Positions 10,730 through 24,181 of a DNA stretch of 64,000 nt are shown piece after piece; position 1 is the first letter of the stretch; each line of letters begins with the position of its first letter. A program made the translations under genes and the position numbers. This stretch comes from Octopus bimaculoides (taxonomy: Eukaryota). The notes beneath the pieces are model-generated. The model had not been told where the DNA came from. It saw only the letters and a program-made list of their open reading frames with translations, and searched no databases. The stretch covers positions 10,419,496 to 10,483,495 of the forward strand of contig NC_068987.1 in NCBI RefSeq assembly GCF_001194135.2, in the 5' to 3' direction.

Positions 10730-11155
10730 GGCTGATACCAGTGCCACCTGACGGGCACCCATGCTGGTGGAACATAAAAAGTACTATTCGAGTGTGGATG
10801 ATGCCAATGTCACCTGACTGGCACCCATGCCAGTAGCATGTAAAAAGCACCATTCAAGTGTAGCCAGTGCCAGTGCTGCTTGACTGGGACCTGTGCTGGT
10901 GGTCTGTAAAAAGCACCATTCGAGCATGGCCAATGCCAGTACTGCCTTTCTGATTCCTGGGCCAGTGGCACAGGAAAGGCACCCACTACACTCTCGGAGT
11001 GGTTGGTGTTAGGAAGGGTGTCCAGCTGTAGAAACCTTACCAAATTAGATTGGAGCTTGATACAGCCTCCTGGTTTGCCAGTCCTCAGTCAAACCATCCA
11101 ACCCATGCCAACATGGAAAGCAGATGTTAAACGATGATGATGATGATGATGATGA
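10730..11155 (+). mobile_element. Family B retroposon
   Basis: TTAGGAAGGGTGTCCAGCTGTAGAAAC...CCAACCCATGCCAACATGGAAAGCAGATGTTAAAC(GAT)n. Confidence 0.8.
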
Positions 11156-11251
11156 TATATTTCAGGAATTTGAAAATTTGACAATCAAGCCATGTTTGAG
11201 CTATGCAAGCATGGAAAAGCAAACGTTAAAATGATGATAATAACAATGATA

Positions 11252-11316
<65 letters not shown>

Positions 11317-11550
11317 AACGATGATGATGATGATTCAGCCTCTAGTGAGGTTAATTTAGCTTTGCATCTCCTTATTGTACCTGTAACGTATTGGGATGAA
11401 TAGAACAATTTATGAACTGAAAGACTGACATTTGAGTTGACAAACAGAAACAACTTAATAGCTGCAGGCTTTTTAACTTCTCTACACACAGACACAAACT
11501 CAACTATGTATGTATGTATGTATGTATGTATCTATCTATCTATCTATCTA

Positions 11551-11615
<65 letters not shown>

Positions 11616-12108
11616 GTCAGTCTGTTGTCTGCCTATTTCTCTCTCTCTCNNNNNNNNNNNNNNNNNNNNNNNNNNNNNNNNNNNNNNNNNNNNNNNNNNN
11701 NNNNNNNNNNNNNNNNNNNNNNNNNNNNNNNNNNNNNNNNNNNNNNNNNNNNNNNNNNNNNNNNNNNNNNNNNNNNNNNNNNNNNNNNNNNNNNNNNNNN
11801 NNNNNNNNNNNNNNNNNNNNNNNNNNNNNNNNNNNNNNNNNNNNNNNNNNNNNNNNNNNNNNNNNNNNNNNNNNNNNNNNNNNNNNNNNNNNNNNNNNNN
11901 NNNNNNNNNNNNNNNNNNNNNNNNNNNNNNNNNNNNNNNNNNNNNNNNNNNNNNNNNNNNNNNNNNNNNNNNNNNNNNNNNNNNNNNNNNNNNNNNNNNN
12001 NNNNNNNNNNNNNNNNNNNNNNNNNNNNNNNNNNNNNNNNNNNNNNNNNNNNNNNNNNNNNNNNNNNNNNNNNNNNNNNNNNNNNNNNNNNNNNNNNNNN
12101 NNNNNNNN

Positions 12109-12154
<46 letters not shown>

Positions 12155-13017
12155 CACACAAAATATATGTATATGTGCGTATGTATAAACGTATAGGAAC
12201 ACATCTCTTATTTACCAGTTAAAAGTCTGGTTCCATCTTGTATAATCTTAAGCCTGAACTAGTAAAATACATTAATTTATAAATCCAAGACATTAATTCA
12301 TGCTTATCTGAAAGAAACGGCATGTATCAGCAAGTTCAGTTTTGAAATAAACAGAGTTCTTTTTTTTTTTTTTGCAATAGCTTAAGGATTCATGAATATT
12401 TATCCAACGTCTAAAGCAATCTATGCCATTGTTCTGTAGCAGTGTCTGCAGAAAGTTTCTGGCTTTGTTGAAGAATTTCCTAATAAACTAAAGTCTGTAT
12501 GGTTATTATTGTCATTGTTTGGTTATAGTTATCTCTGCTTCAACAGACATCTAGTACTGGAAATGTTAGGATTTAATCTAATCTCGGACCACTTTGATCA
12601 CTCCTTCAGGTGGCGTTTGGTTTGTGTGAAGTGTAGTGCCACTATAAAGGAACATTCCACTCAATTTGCAGATTTCTATGTCTCTATATATTTATTTATT
12701 TATTTATGCATTTATTTTTAATGCTTTTGGAAGCTGTGTGGAGGAACATAAGACACAGTAACTGAGTTGCTGCGATGCAGAACTATTAACTCAAATGTTT
12801 GAGATTTTCTTCTAACGTTGCACCATCTCCTTTAAAGAAGGCTCTGTTGTACACCACATATGCATGTATGCATGTATGCTTGCATTCATTACTTTTTGTT
12901 AAGACTGTATGCTAGGTATACCAGCTCTCTTTGTTTTTGTTTTTTTTTTAATCATTCCATTCTATGCAAATCACCCCAATCAATACCTGTCTTTGCATTG
13001 TCCCCTCATTTATCGAT

Positions 13018-13019
<2 letters not shown>

Positions 13020-13074
<55 letters not shown>

Positions 13075-13095
13075 ATAATAATAATAATAATAAGG
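13020..13095. repeat. (CTA)n-(ATA)n microsatellite
   Basis: Read directly. Confidence 0.95.
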
Positions 13096-13109
13096 ATAAT
13101 TATTGTTTC

Positions 13110-13250
13110 AAATTTTTGCCACAAGGGTAGCTTGGGGTAGGTGATGATGATGAGTCAATTACATGAACCCCAGTATTCAACTGGTATTTGATTTATCGAC
13201 TCTGATAGAATGAAAGGCAAAGTCAACCTTGGTGGAATTTGAACTCAGAA
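13110..13250 (-). mobile_element. Family G SINE fragment
   Basis: CCCCAGTATTCAACTGGTATTTGATTTATCGAC...GAAAGGCAAAGTCAACCTTGGTGGAATTTGAACTCAGAA. Confidence 0.7.
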
Positions 13251-13367
13251 TTGCTTTGTAGTTGTACAAATTGACTCCAAGTCTCATTCAGAGACCTCAA
13301 GAGACAACAAGTAACAAGTTCAAGTTGGTGTTATGACTAGGATGCCATATTTTTGGTTTTGCACAGA

Positions 13368-13752
<385 letters not shown>

Positions 13753-14231
13753 CTCTTTATCACAGGTTTTGTTGGAGCTCCTGGAGTCTCACATGCTTAA
13801 TGGGCTTGCTATCTGCAGCCTAAGATACCAAGCTATCCGTTCTTTTCTGCTATCTAATACTTTCCTGATTATTCTGGCCATGCCAAGAAGGTAAATCAGT
13901 ACTTGACAGTACTTGTCAGCAGAATCGTTTGGATTTCTCTGAGACATGGTTCTCCTGGGATGTTTATCTAAATGTTTCTGACATCCCTTCCTTATCATAC
14001 CTAGGGCACCCACAATAACAGGAATAGTTCTTGCTTTAAGATGCCACATCTTATGTATCTCAATTTCCCGGTACTTATGTTTACTTAATTTGTCAAATTC
14101 CTTTACAGATATATTTTTATCAGTGGGAACACTTTCATCTATTAGTCTACAAGTATTTTTTCTTCTCTGTCTTTAATGACAATGTCTGGTTGATTAATCT
14201 GGATCATCCTGTCAATGTTGACTGGAAAATC
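13753..14231 (-). pseudogene. R4/Dong-like non-LTR retrotransposon 3' fragment (restriction-like endonuclease domain)
   Basis: Minus-strand translation DRMIQINQPDIVIKD...IDESVPTDKNISVKEFDKLSKHKY.EIEI.KMWHLKARTIPVIVGALGMIRKG...ARIIRKVL shows the PD..D..P...K..KY..L RLE signature. TAA-rich sequence on both sides. Confidence 0.8.
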
Positions 14232-14623
14232 TATTATTACTATTATTATTACCATTATTGATCTGGCCTAAAGCATCCAAGCCAGAGAAAAAGGTACTAT
14301 TTATGTGACCAGGTGGAGTAGTTGCTTTAACACGTGTTAAAAAAATCTATAAATGTTCCCAAATACATATATATACCCTAAACAATTGTTACAAAATATG
14401 TAAAAACCATCAAAGATTTATGCTAAAAAAAAATAGATAATAATAAATAAAATTCAAATATAAACAAAACGTAACTGGCTGAAATTTCTCCAACAGGCTT
14501 TCTATCAAAATTCAAATAATGAGTACAAGGTATTTTATTTTTTTTAAAGAAATTTTCGAATAAAAATGAAAATAAAAGATCATTTATTAGATAACTGGCA
14601 TGGAAAATTTTGAATTAATTTTT

Positions 14624-14678
<55 letters not shown>

Positions 14679-14984
14679 CATTATTATTATTATTATTGTT
14701 GTTGTTGTTGTTGCTGTTGTTATTGCTATTCTAATCATCATCATGCTCATCATCATCTTCATCATCACCACCAAATATCCCCCCCCCACCCTTGCATCAT
14801 CATCATCCATTTTCACTATTATTATTTTAGTTTTTGTAGTTATACATAATTTATAAGGCAAGAAGCTCAAATATATGTTTACGTCTTGCCAACATGGAAA
14901 AGACAAAAATGGAAATAAATATAGCCAAAAACAAACAAACAAACAAACAAACAAAAAAAAAAAACTAATTAGAATATAAAGTGG

Positions 14985-15230
14985 TTGTCGAGAGGTCTAT
15001 ATTCTACTGTCTTGTGAGCAACGAGAAAACTAGATATAGATGAATGCTTTGTATGGATAGCCCAGGTTATGGATGTAGGTGCTAAGAGTCAATTCATGAT
15101 TGGTAGCAAGATCAGTGATAGATTCAAGATCTGGTGTACAGATAAACATCTACCAATAGGCTATTATTAGTGTTCAGGTCCCTGAGACAATTATAACAAG
15201 AAAATTCCTTTCTATGCTGATGTTCCAATT
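14985..15230 (+). pseudogene. Decayed RTE-like reverse transcriptase fragment
   Basis: RKLDIDECFVWIAQ...GAKSQFMIGSKISDRFKI resembles RTE RT 'RKLGIDEWLVRAVQAMY.GA.SKVR.....S..F'. Confidence 0.5.
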
Positions 15231-15629
15231 TGCATTTTAGAATCAGTGTTAAAGATCGGCAAAAAAATTAGAGTACCGAAGTACAACTTTCTCAACGAAC
15301 TGGTTTATTTTATTGTCTTATCTGTGTGTGTCTTTATTACTTTTTTTTTAGTGTTAAGTAGGATTTTTCTGTGCTCCTTGGAGAGAGATCTGTGTCAGCT
15401 TGTATTTGATGCATACATACATATATACATTCGTAGATACATTTATGTATACATACAGCCATACATACATGCATATCATCATAGGTGCATTAGGTTATGC
15501 GTAAACAAATTTGCACAAAAACCAAGAAACACTTTTGGTTTCATGGAAAAAGCACAAAAGAAACTGACACAGATTCTCCAAATCCAATCTATCAGTGGCA
15601 CAGTGAAGATCTGTAAGACATTCCAGTTG

Positions 15630-16090
15630 TTAATCATCATCATTTAACGTCCGCTTTCCATGCTAGCATGGGTTGGATGATTTGACTGGGGACTGGCGAA
15701 CTGGATGGCTAACTAGACTCCAATCTGATCTGGCAGAGTTTCTACAGCTGGATGCCCTTCCTAACGCCAACCATTCCAAGAGTGAAGTGAGTGCTTTTTA
15801 TGTGCCACTGGCACGAGGGCCATTCCGGCGGAACTGGCAATGGCCACGCTCAAATGGTGTTTTTTTTACATGCCACCTGCACAGGAGTCTGTCCAATGTT
15901 TTGTTCACATGCCACTGGCACAAGTGCCAGTAAGGCAAAGCTGGAAACGATCGTGCTCAAATGGTGCTTTTTATGTGCCACCGGCACGGGAGTGAGACCG
16001 CTGCTCTGGCAGTGATCCCACTTGGACGGTGCTGTTAGCAGTCCACTGGCACGGGTGCTGGTCATTGAATCTGGTTCAGTTTCGATCTCA
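15630..16090 (-). mobile_element. Family B retroposon
   Basis: ATCATCATTTAACGTCCGCTTTCCATGCTAGCATGGGTTGG...GTGCCACTGGCAC units. Confidence 0.85.
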
Positions 16091-16488
16091 CTTCAAATTT
16101 CGTTCAGTTTCGATAGCTTTATTTGATAACCAGTTGAGCTAGCAAGCGGGACCCTCATATCAGTGTGTAGGCGGTGTGCATTGATGTCATCGAGAGGTTG
16201 GCCCCGAAATGGTGCACATTCTCTTTTGATGACCCCATACATTTGCTGGCTTCTGGTATGCAGAGCTTTCAAATGGTAGCACTTTCATATGCAAGTTGTT
16301 TTTTCAAAACATCGTATGAGATTCTTATGTGAATAGATGCACACACTTGAGTGTAGGCGCTGACAATCCAACCAGCACACCAACTCAGCCACATAGTTAC
16401 AAATACTGGGAACTCACTTCACTTAAGATGTCTTGTCACTTTGTTAGCAATTGGCTTGAACTCTCCCAAGACAAACTTAAATTAAACT

Positions 16489-16665
16489 ACATTATTTACA
16501 TTTGACGGATATTTGTCCTCATCTTGTTTGTTGTTAACACAACGTTTTGGCTGATATACCCTTCAGCCTTCTTCAGGTGTCTTGGGGAAATTTCGAACCT
16601 GGGTTCTCATTCCTAAGGTATTTTTCGATGTTGTTATTATTATTATTATTATTATCATTATTATT
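16489..16665 (-). mobile_element. Family C SINE 3' body (hammerhead + tail); head presumably in the gap 16666-17198
   Basis: Reverse complement reads (AAT)n-CATCGAAAAATACCTTAGGAATGAGAACCCAGGTTCGAAATTTCCCCAAGACACCTGAAGAAGGCTG..., the same as 3190-3263. Confidence 0.85.
16536..16581 (-). ncRNA. Minimal type I hammerhead ribozyme motif, probably inactivated (G12>A)
   Basis: GACAC-CTGAAGA-A-GGCTG-aagggtatat-CAGCC-AAAAC-GTT|GTGTT. Stem I GACAC/GTGTT (5 bp with one G.U), stem II GGCTG/CAGCC, palindromic AACGTT stem III, NUH = GUU. GAAA is AAAA, consistent with CpG decay of CCGAAAC. Confidence 0.65.
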
Positions 16666-17198
16666 NNNNNNNNNNNNNNNNNNNNNNNNNNNNNNNNNNN
16701 NNNNNNNNNNNNNNNNNNNNNNNNNNNNNNNNNNNNNNNNNNNNNNNNNNNNNNNNNNNNNNNNNNNNNNNNNNNNNNNNNNNNNNNNNNNNNNNNNNNN
16801 NNNNNNNNNNNNNNNNNNNNNNNNNNNNNNNNNNNNNNNNNNNNNNNNNNNNNNNNNNNNNNNNNNNNNNNNNNNNNNNNNNNNNNNNNNNNNNNNNNNN
16901 NNNNNNNNNNNNNNNNNNNNNNNNNNNNNNNNNNNNNNNNNNNNNNNNNNNNNNNNNNNNNNNNNNNNNNNNNNNNNNNNNNNNNNNNNNNNNNNNNNNN
17001 NNNNNNNNNNNNNNNNNNNNNNNNNNNNNNNNNNNNNNNNNNNNNNNNNNNNNNNNNNNNNNNNNNNNNNNNNNNNNNNNNNNNNNNNNNNNNNNNNNNN
17101 NNNNNNNNNNNNNNNNNNNNNNNNNNNNNNNNNNNNNNNNNNNNNNNNNNNNNNNNNNNNNNNNNNNNNNNNNNNNNNNNNNNNNNNNNNNNNNNNNN

Positions 17199-17269
<71 letters not shown>

Positions 17270-17901
17270 GCATATATACATGAATGTTAGTTCTCTACAT
17301 ATGTATACATGAAAGCATATATGCATGTACTCATATATGTGCATGTGTATGCACGCATGTATGTACATGTGTATGAAAGCATACATGTGGATGTAGACAT
17401 GTAGTTATCAGTGTGTATATGCGTATCACCAATGTTTATTCAGAAGCAAAAGAAATCAATAAAAGCAAAGATTCCAAAAAAGAAATCAAGAGTTGTTTAG
17501 ATCTCTTCTTTGTCACAGAATAGGTGCCGGTCAATAACAAAGTATACAGGTTCATCAGTTGAAATTGTGTCATATATATCAACATACCTACCTACCAACA
17601 NNNNNNNNNNTTTTTTGAGTATTGTATTCATTCAATCAATCTCTTTTGTTGAACCACTAAGTTATGAGGATGTAAACAACAGTTAGATTGCCATGTCATT
17701 CATGTTTAGTGATTAAGACTGTCTGTCTGTCTGAGTGTCTGTCTGTATGTATGAATGTTATATTTGTACATGTGTACTCCTATGTGTGTGTGTGTAGTTA
17801 TGTCTGTCTGTCTGTCCATCTATCTGTTTGTCTGTCTATGTATTTATGTATGCATGTATCTTATCTTACTATCTTTTTATCTATCTGTCTATTTATCTGC
17901 C

Positions 17902-17932
<31 letters not shown>

Positions 17933-17954
17933 ATGTCTGTCTATCTGTCTGTGC

Positions 17955-18021
<67 letters not shown>

Positions 18022-18942
18022 CACACACACANNNNNNNNNNNNNNNNNNNNNNNNNNNNNNNNNNNNNNNNNNNNNNNNNNNNNNNNNNNNNNNNNNNNN
18101 NNNNNNNNNNNNNNNNNNNNNNNNNNNNNNNNNNNNNNNNNNNNNNNNNNNNNNNNNNNNNNNNNNNNNNNNNNNNNNNNNNNNNNNNNNNNNNNNNNNN
18201 NNNNNNNNNNNNNNNNNNNNNNNNNNNNNNNNNNNNNNNNNNNNNNNNNNNNNNNNNNNNNNNNNNNNNNNNNNNNNNNNNNNNNNNNNNNNNNNNNNNN
18301 NNNNNNNNNNNNNNNNNNNNNNNNNNNNNNNNNNNNNNNNNNNNNNNNNNNNNNNNNNNNNNNNNNNNNNNNNNNNNNNNNNNNNNNNNNNNNNNNNNNN
18401 NNNNNNNNNNNNNNNNNNNNNNNNNNNNNNNNNNNNNNNNNNNNNNNNNNNNNNNNNNNNNNNNNNNNNNNNNNNNNNNNNNNNNNNNNNNNNNNNNNNN
18501 NNNNNNNNNNNNNNNNNNNNNNNNNNNNNNNNNNNNNNNNNNNNNNNNNNNNNNNNNNNNNNNNNNNNNNNNNNNNNNNNNNNNNNNNNNNNNNNNNNNN
18601 NNNNNNNNNNNNNNNNNNNNNNNNNNNNNNNNNNNNNNNNNNNNNNNNNNNNNNNNNNNNNNNNNNNNNNNNNNNNNNNNNNNNNNNNNNNNNNNNNNNN
18701 NNNNNNNNNNNNNNNNNNNNNNNNNNNNNNNNNNNNNNNNNNNNNNNNNNNNNNNNNNNNNNNNNNNNNNNNNNNNNNNNNNNNNNNNNNNNNNNNNNNN
18801 NNNNNNNNNNNNNNNNNNNNNNNNNNNNNNNNNNNNNNNNNNNNNNNNNNNNNNNNNNNNNNNNNNNNNNNNNNNNNNNNNNNNNNNNNNNNNNNNNNNN
18901 NNNNNNNNNNNNNNNNNNTATGTATGTATGTATGTATGTATG

Positions 18943-18976
<34 letters not shown>

Positions 18977-18990
18977 TATATGTATGTATG

Positions 18991-19060
<70 letters not shown>

Positions 19061-20242
19061 CACACACACATACACACACATTTCAAACTGAAATTACAGC
19101 TACAAGCTTTAGATCAGACCCATAAGTTCCCCATTTTACTGATTTTTTTTCAAGCAACCAAAGAAAATAAACAAAACAAACTCATCGTCATACATGGTAT
19201 GAAATATGAAAATGACTAAATATGCATATTGACAATGTAAAGCCTTTTGATGTATTTGGAACATGTTATGTTATTGTATAGCTCTATATCACTAGGTCTT
19301 TTGATATATGTTGGCAAAAATAAATATTTGAAACACATCAACCAAAGAATATTTTTTATACAACAGGTATTAATATATTACGTGACTATTCAGTTTTCAG
19401 CCATTAGATGACTTAAAATATTCTAACAAATATTTTGATTTGTGATGACAATAAGATATTAATTCTGAATGGATGTTCAAGATAGGGTTTCTATGAAACA
19501 GCATGTGCATTTTCTCAAAGAGGCAAAGATCATGACCATTGCTACACAGTTTTTGAAGCTAGGCAGCAGTTGTAATATACTCCAAATATTTCTATGGTCT
19601 CTAACTGTAATTTTCCAAAGAGCATATGAAAGAGCTTTCAAGATTTCTAAAAGAATGACAATGAGGATAAAATCTTCCTTTAAAATTATACTCAGTTAAC
19701 CTGATATAATCTTTGGAAACTGAATTATCAGCTATAATTATTTTACACAATAAATTATCAATTTCAACAGACAAGAATTATTTAATGAGAGGTATTAACT
19801 ATAAGTGATTTTATAAAATTTTTACAACTGATGTTTATTATTTATGAGGCAAAATTATGTACAGTACTGAAGCCACATTTAATATTGCTAGTAATCAATT
19901 TTTGAAATTTTTATTATTCTTGTTTATCAGTGTTTATCTGATATGACAATGTTTATCTAAGTTAAAGAAAAACCTAGCAATATGTGTATATATATTTTTA
20001 CTTAATGGGATATTAAACTAAATAATTTTGTTTTCAGCTTTTATGTATCTGAGAATTAAAATTATTTACATAAATATTTTTATCTTTAAATCCATTTTGC
20101 TTCATTGCTTCATTTATTATAAGGGTTTAGATTGCTGAAGTAAGATCTATCTAGATGAAATCTTTCTAGGCATTTTGACACGCTAACAATTCTGTCAGTT
20201 CTGTGCCCTTAATAACAACAACCACAACAACAACAATTATAC

Positions 20243-20280
<38 letters not shown>

Positions 20281-20282
<2 letters not shown>

Positions 20283-20466
20283 TCAACTACCAGCATGGCT
20301 CAAAAAGATTGGTACAAATGTAAAGAATCATCATTGCTTGGAACTGCAAGAGTTTTCCACAGGGTTTTCGAAGCATGACCGGTAAACAAGCATCACCTTA
20401 GTCTGTTGGCTGTGGACAGCTGACACTTCCCATCATGCCCAGCAAAATAAGCTGAGATTTTTCATC
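20281..20466 (+). pseudogene. R4/Dong-like LINE extreme 3' end (subfamily 1)
   Basis: QLPAWLKKIGTNV/KESSLLGTARVFHRVFEA* matches the 'QK..LLGTA.ILRKVL' terminus; short 3' UTR; flanked by (TAA)n. Confidence 0.65.
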
Positions 20467-20481
20467 AAATAATAACAATAA

Positions 20482-20770
20482 TCCAAGTACTCCGAATTGA
20501 AAGTGGAAATGGCAAGACTGTATGGAATGCAAGAGGGTAACGTAAAAGTGATACCAGTGGTGATCGGAGCGTTGGGCTCAATCCCTTTGAATCTTCAAGA
20601 CTTCTTAAGGCAACTGGAAATCCCATGCAAAATTGATGTCTTGCAGAAAGCAGCCTTATTGGGCAGAGTGCACATCTTAAGGAAAGTCTTATCTGTCTGA
20701 GGTCCTTGTTGTGACTTGACAGATGACTAAAGACTCCGGTGCATTTTTACCTATGCTGTGTTACGAAGTA
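20482..20770 (+). pseudogene. R4/Dong-like LINE 3' end (subfamily 2)
   Basis: KYSELKVEMARLYGMQEGNVKVIPVVIGALGSIP...LQKAALLGRVHILRKVLSV* (ORF track 20497-20700), followed by a 3' UTR and (TAA)n. Confidence 0.8.
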
Positions 20771-20812
20771 TTAATAATAATAATAATATTAATAATGATA
20801 ATTATAATAATC

Positions 20813-21026
20813 CTTTCTACTATAGGCCCAAGGCCTGAAATTGTGGGGGAGGGGATGAGTTGATTACATCGACCCCAGTACTCAACTGGTACTTATTTTA
20901 TCGACCCCGAAAGGATGAACGGCAAAGTCGACCTCGGTGAAATCTGAACTCAGAACGTAGCAACGGGCAAAATACTGCTAAGCATTTCATCCGGCGTGCT
21001 AACGATTCTGCCAGCTCACCACCTTA
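20813..21026 (-). mobile_element. Family G tRNA-headed SINE, near full length
   Basis: Minus strand AAGGTGGTGAGCTGGCAGAATCGTTAGCACGCC...GAGTTCAGATTTCACCGAGGTCGACTTTGCC...GGGGTCGATAAAATAAGTACCAG...GGCCTTGGGCCTATAGTAGAAAG. Confidence 0.85.
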
Positions 21027-22529
21027 ATAATAATTATAATAATAATAATGATAATAATAATAATAATAATAATAATGATGATGATAATAATAATAATGAT
21101 AATGATAATGATGATGATGATGATGATGATGATGATAATGATGATGATGATGATGATGATATGATGATGATATTGCATCAATAATTGCAAAAACAACAGC
21201 AGCAGAAACAATGGTAGCAGCAGCAGCAGCAGCAGAAACAGTAGCAGCCACAGCAAGAACCAGAATAGTAGCAACAGCAGTAACGGCAGCAGCAGCAGCA
21301 ATTTAAGAAGTCGATAAAAATTTATTGTATGACAAGAATAAATGACACCATTATCGGCTGAGATTCTCACAGAATTTCCACCGATTTCAAAAGAGTAAGG
21401 AAATTAAATTCGTAAACAACGAAAGATGAAAGCAAACTTCACACCGAAAGAATAAAGGCTATTTGTGAAGCGGAGGGGGAGNNNNNNNNNNNNNNNNNNN
21501 NNNNNNNNNNNNNNNNNNNNNNNNNNNNNNNNNNNNNNNNNNNNNNNNNNNNNNNNNNNNNNNNNNNNNNNNNNNNNNNNNNNNNNNNNNNNNNNNNNNN
21601 NNNNNNNNNNNNNNNNNNNNNNNNNNNNNNNNNNNNNNNNNNNNNNNNNNNNNNNNNNNNNNNNNNNNNNNNNNNNNNNNNNNNNNNNNNNNNNNNNNNN
21701 NNNNNNNNNNNNNNNNNNNNNNNNNNNNNNNNNNNNNNNNNNNNNNNNNNNNNNNNNNNNNNNNNNNNNNNNNNNNNNNNNNNNNNNNNNNNNNNNNNNN
21801 NNNNNNNNNNNNNNNNNNNNNNNNNNNNNNNNNNNNNNNNNNNNNNNNNNNNNNNNNNNNNNNNNNNNNNNNNNNNNNNNNNNNNNNNNNNNNNNNNNNN
21901 NNNNNNNNNNNNNNNNNNNNNNNNNNNNNNNNNNNNNNNNNNNNNNNNNNNNNNNNNNNNNNNNNNNNNNNNNNNNNNNNNNNNNNNNNNNNNNNNNNNN
22001 NNNNNNNNNNNNNNNNNNNNNNNNNNNNNNNNNNNNNNNNNNNNNNNNNNNNNNNNNNNNNNNNNNNNNNNNNNNNNNNNNNNNNNNNNNNNNNNNNNNN
22101 NNNNNNNNNNNNNNNNNNNNNNNNNNNNNNNNNNNNNNNNNNNNNNNNNNNNNNNNNNNNNNNNNNNNNNNNNNNNNNNNNNNNNNNNNNNNNNNNNNNN
22201 NNNNNNNCTACTACTACTAATACTGCTGCTGCTGCCGCTGATGCCGCTGCTACCACCACCAACACCACCACCACCACTACTAATTTTGCTGCCTAATTAT
22301 TGTACCATTACAAGTGCTATTATCCTTACAACTCACCACCACCACCACCACCGTCATTGCTACTGCAACTACTACCACAGCCACTACCATCATTGCCACA
22401 AAAACCACCACGCACACAACCACCACCATAACCACCAACAGCATCATACACAGTTGATACCACAACTCCTACTGTAATATAAAAACTTGAACTGCTATTT
22501 CTAGCAGTCTGAGAGGCCACTTAGAGGTC

Positions 22530-22752
22530 TTATCTTAAATGAGAACTCTAAGTGACTGCTTGAATAGCTAGAAATAGCAGCTAAATCTCTTACTAATTAT
22601 ATTCCACAGTCTTAAACAAGTGAGACACATTGAAGAATGTAGTCCAACATATATTCCTTGAAAATAAGACAGGATGGTCATAGGTGGAATGGAGTTGATC
22701 ATAGTTTGTCTAAATTAGGGATGACTCCAGGACTAAATAACAAAAACAACTA
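22530..22752 (+). mobile_element. Family H short repeat with (AAC)-rich tail, diverged
   Basis: Shares AAATA(G/A)CAGCTAAAT, ACAGGATGG...GGAATG...ATCATAG and GGACTAAA(T/C)AACAA with 57175-57345. Confidence 0.45.
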
Positions 22753-23455
22753 TTAATAATTAGATGTGATTCTATGTGACACTGTCGTCATCATCGTCAT
22801 CATCGTCATCATCGTCGTCATCGTCGTCATCATCGTCATCATTATCATCACCATCACTGCCACAGTCATCTTTTTCATCATCTGCCTCTGTTTCCATTAC
22901 TTTCACCATCTTCATCTTCACAAACTTCATTAACATCATCATCATCATCATCATCACCGCTAATGTCATCATCTTCGTTATGATGCTCATCCTCATCCCT
23001 ATTTTCCTCATCCTCATCCTCATGATGATAATGAGAAGGCATTGGTGGTGGTGATGGTTGCAGTGGTGGCGGAGGTGGTGATGGTTGCAGTGGTGGCGGA
23101 GGTGGTGATGATGATGATGATGATGATGACGACGATGATGACGAAACGACGATGATAATGAGAAAGCAGTGATGGTGGTGNNNNNNNNNNNNNNNNNNNN
23201 NNNNNNNNNNNNNNNNNNNNNNNNNNNNNNNNNNNNNNNNNNNNNNNNNNNNNNNNNNNNNNNNNNNNNNNNNNNNNNNNNNNNNNNNNNNNNNNNNNNN
23301 NNNNNNNNNNNNNNNNNNNNNNNNNNNNNNNNNNNNNNNNNNNNNNNNNNNNNNNNNNNNNNNNNNNNNNNNNNNNNNNNNNNNNNNNNNNNNNNNNNNN
23401 NNNNNNNNNNNNNNNNNNNNNNNNNNNNNNNNNNNNNNNNNNNNNNNNNNNNNNN

Positions 23456-23503
<48 letters not shown>

Positions 23504-24142
23504 CAATGATGATGATGAAAAGGCAGTGACGGTGGTGCTGGTGATGATGATGATGATGATGATGATGTTGATGATAACAATGATGGTGATTTTGACACCC
23601 AGTCAAAAGGTGTAGCTAGAAAATTTTGAGAGAGAGAAAGAGAGAGAGAGAGAAGAACAGACAGACAGATAGACAGAAACTGGGAGAGAAAGACAGAGAG
23701 GAAGAATGGAAAAGAGAAAGAGCAAAATAAAGAAAGAAAGACAGACAGACAGACAGACAGAGAGGGAGACAGATAAGAGGAGAGAATGAGATGCAAGATG
23801 GTGCAGGAAAAGATAATGGAAGAACCAGGATGACACAAAAAAAGAAAAAGACCAAAAAATGATTCTTCATAATGGATGTATAATTATCTTCCACATTATT
23901 GAAATGTTGCGTTCCTGAAATTCTTGGCTTAACATGGAATATCATAGGGTTATAGATATTTTCCATTGACTCCCATATTACATGGATGTTGATCAACATG
24001 GGAATCCATGAGAAATACATTTCATGTCAAAGAACTCCATGATACAGAATTGGTTTCAAGAATAACGTAACACTTCAGTAAAATTTGGCGAACATCTTTT
24101 GTTATTTGAGCCTCGGTAACAGATGTAAAAGTGTGTATACAA

Positions 24143-24179
<37 letters not shown>

Positions 24180-24181
<2 letters not shown>

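Noticed and set aside
12380-12500. Open minus-strand frame KFFNKARNFLQTLLQNNGIDCFRRW after a possible acceptor
   Set aside because: No convincing donor site and no recognisable homology.
16180-16480. Possible mariner-like remnant next to the family C copy
   Set aside because: Weak similarity with no diagnostic motif recovered.
23880-24120. Possible RTE remnant (RQILLKCYV...) on the minus strand
   Set aside because: Only one short motif matches; too decayed to support.
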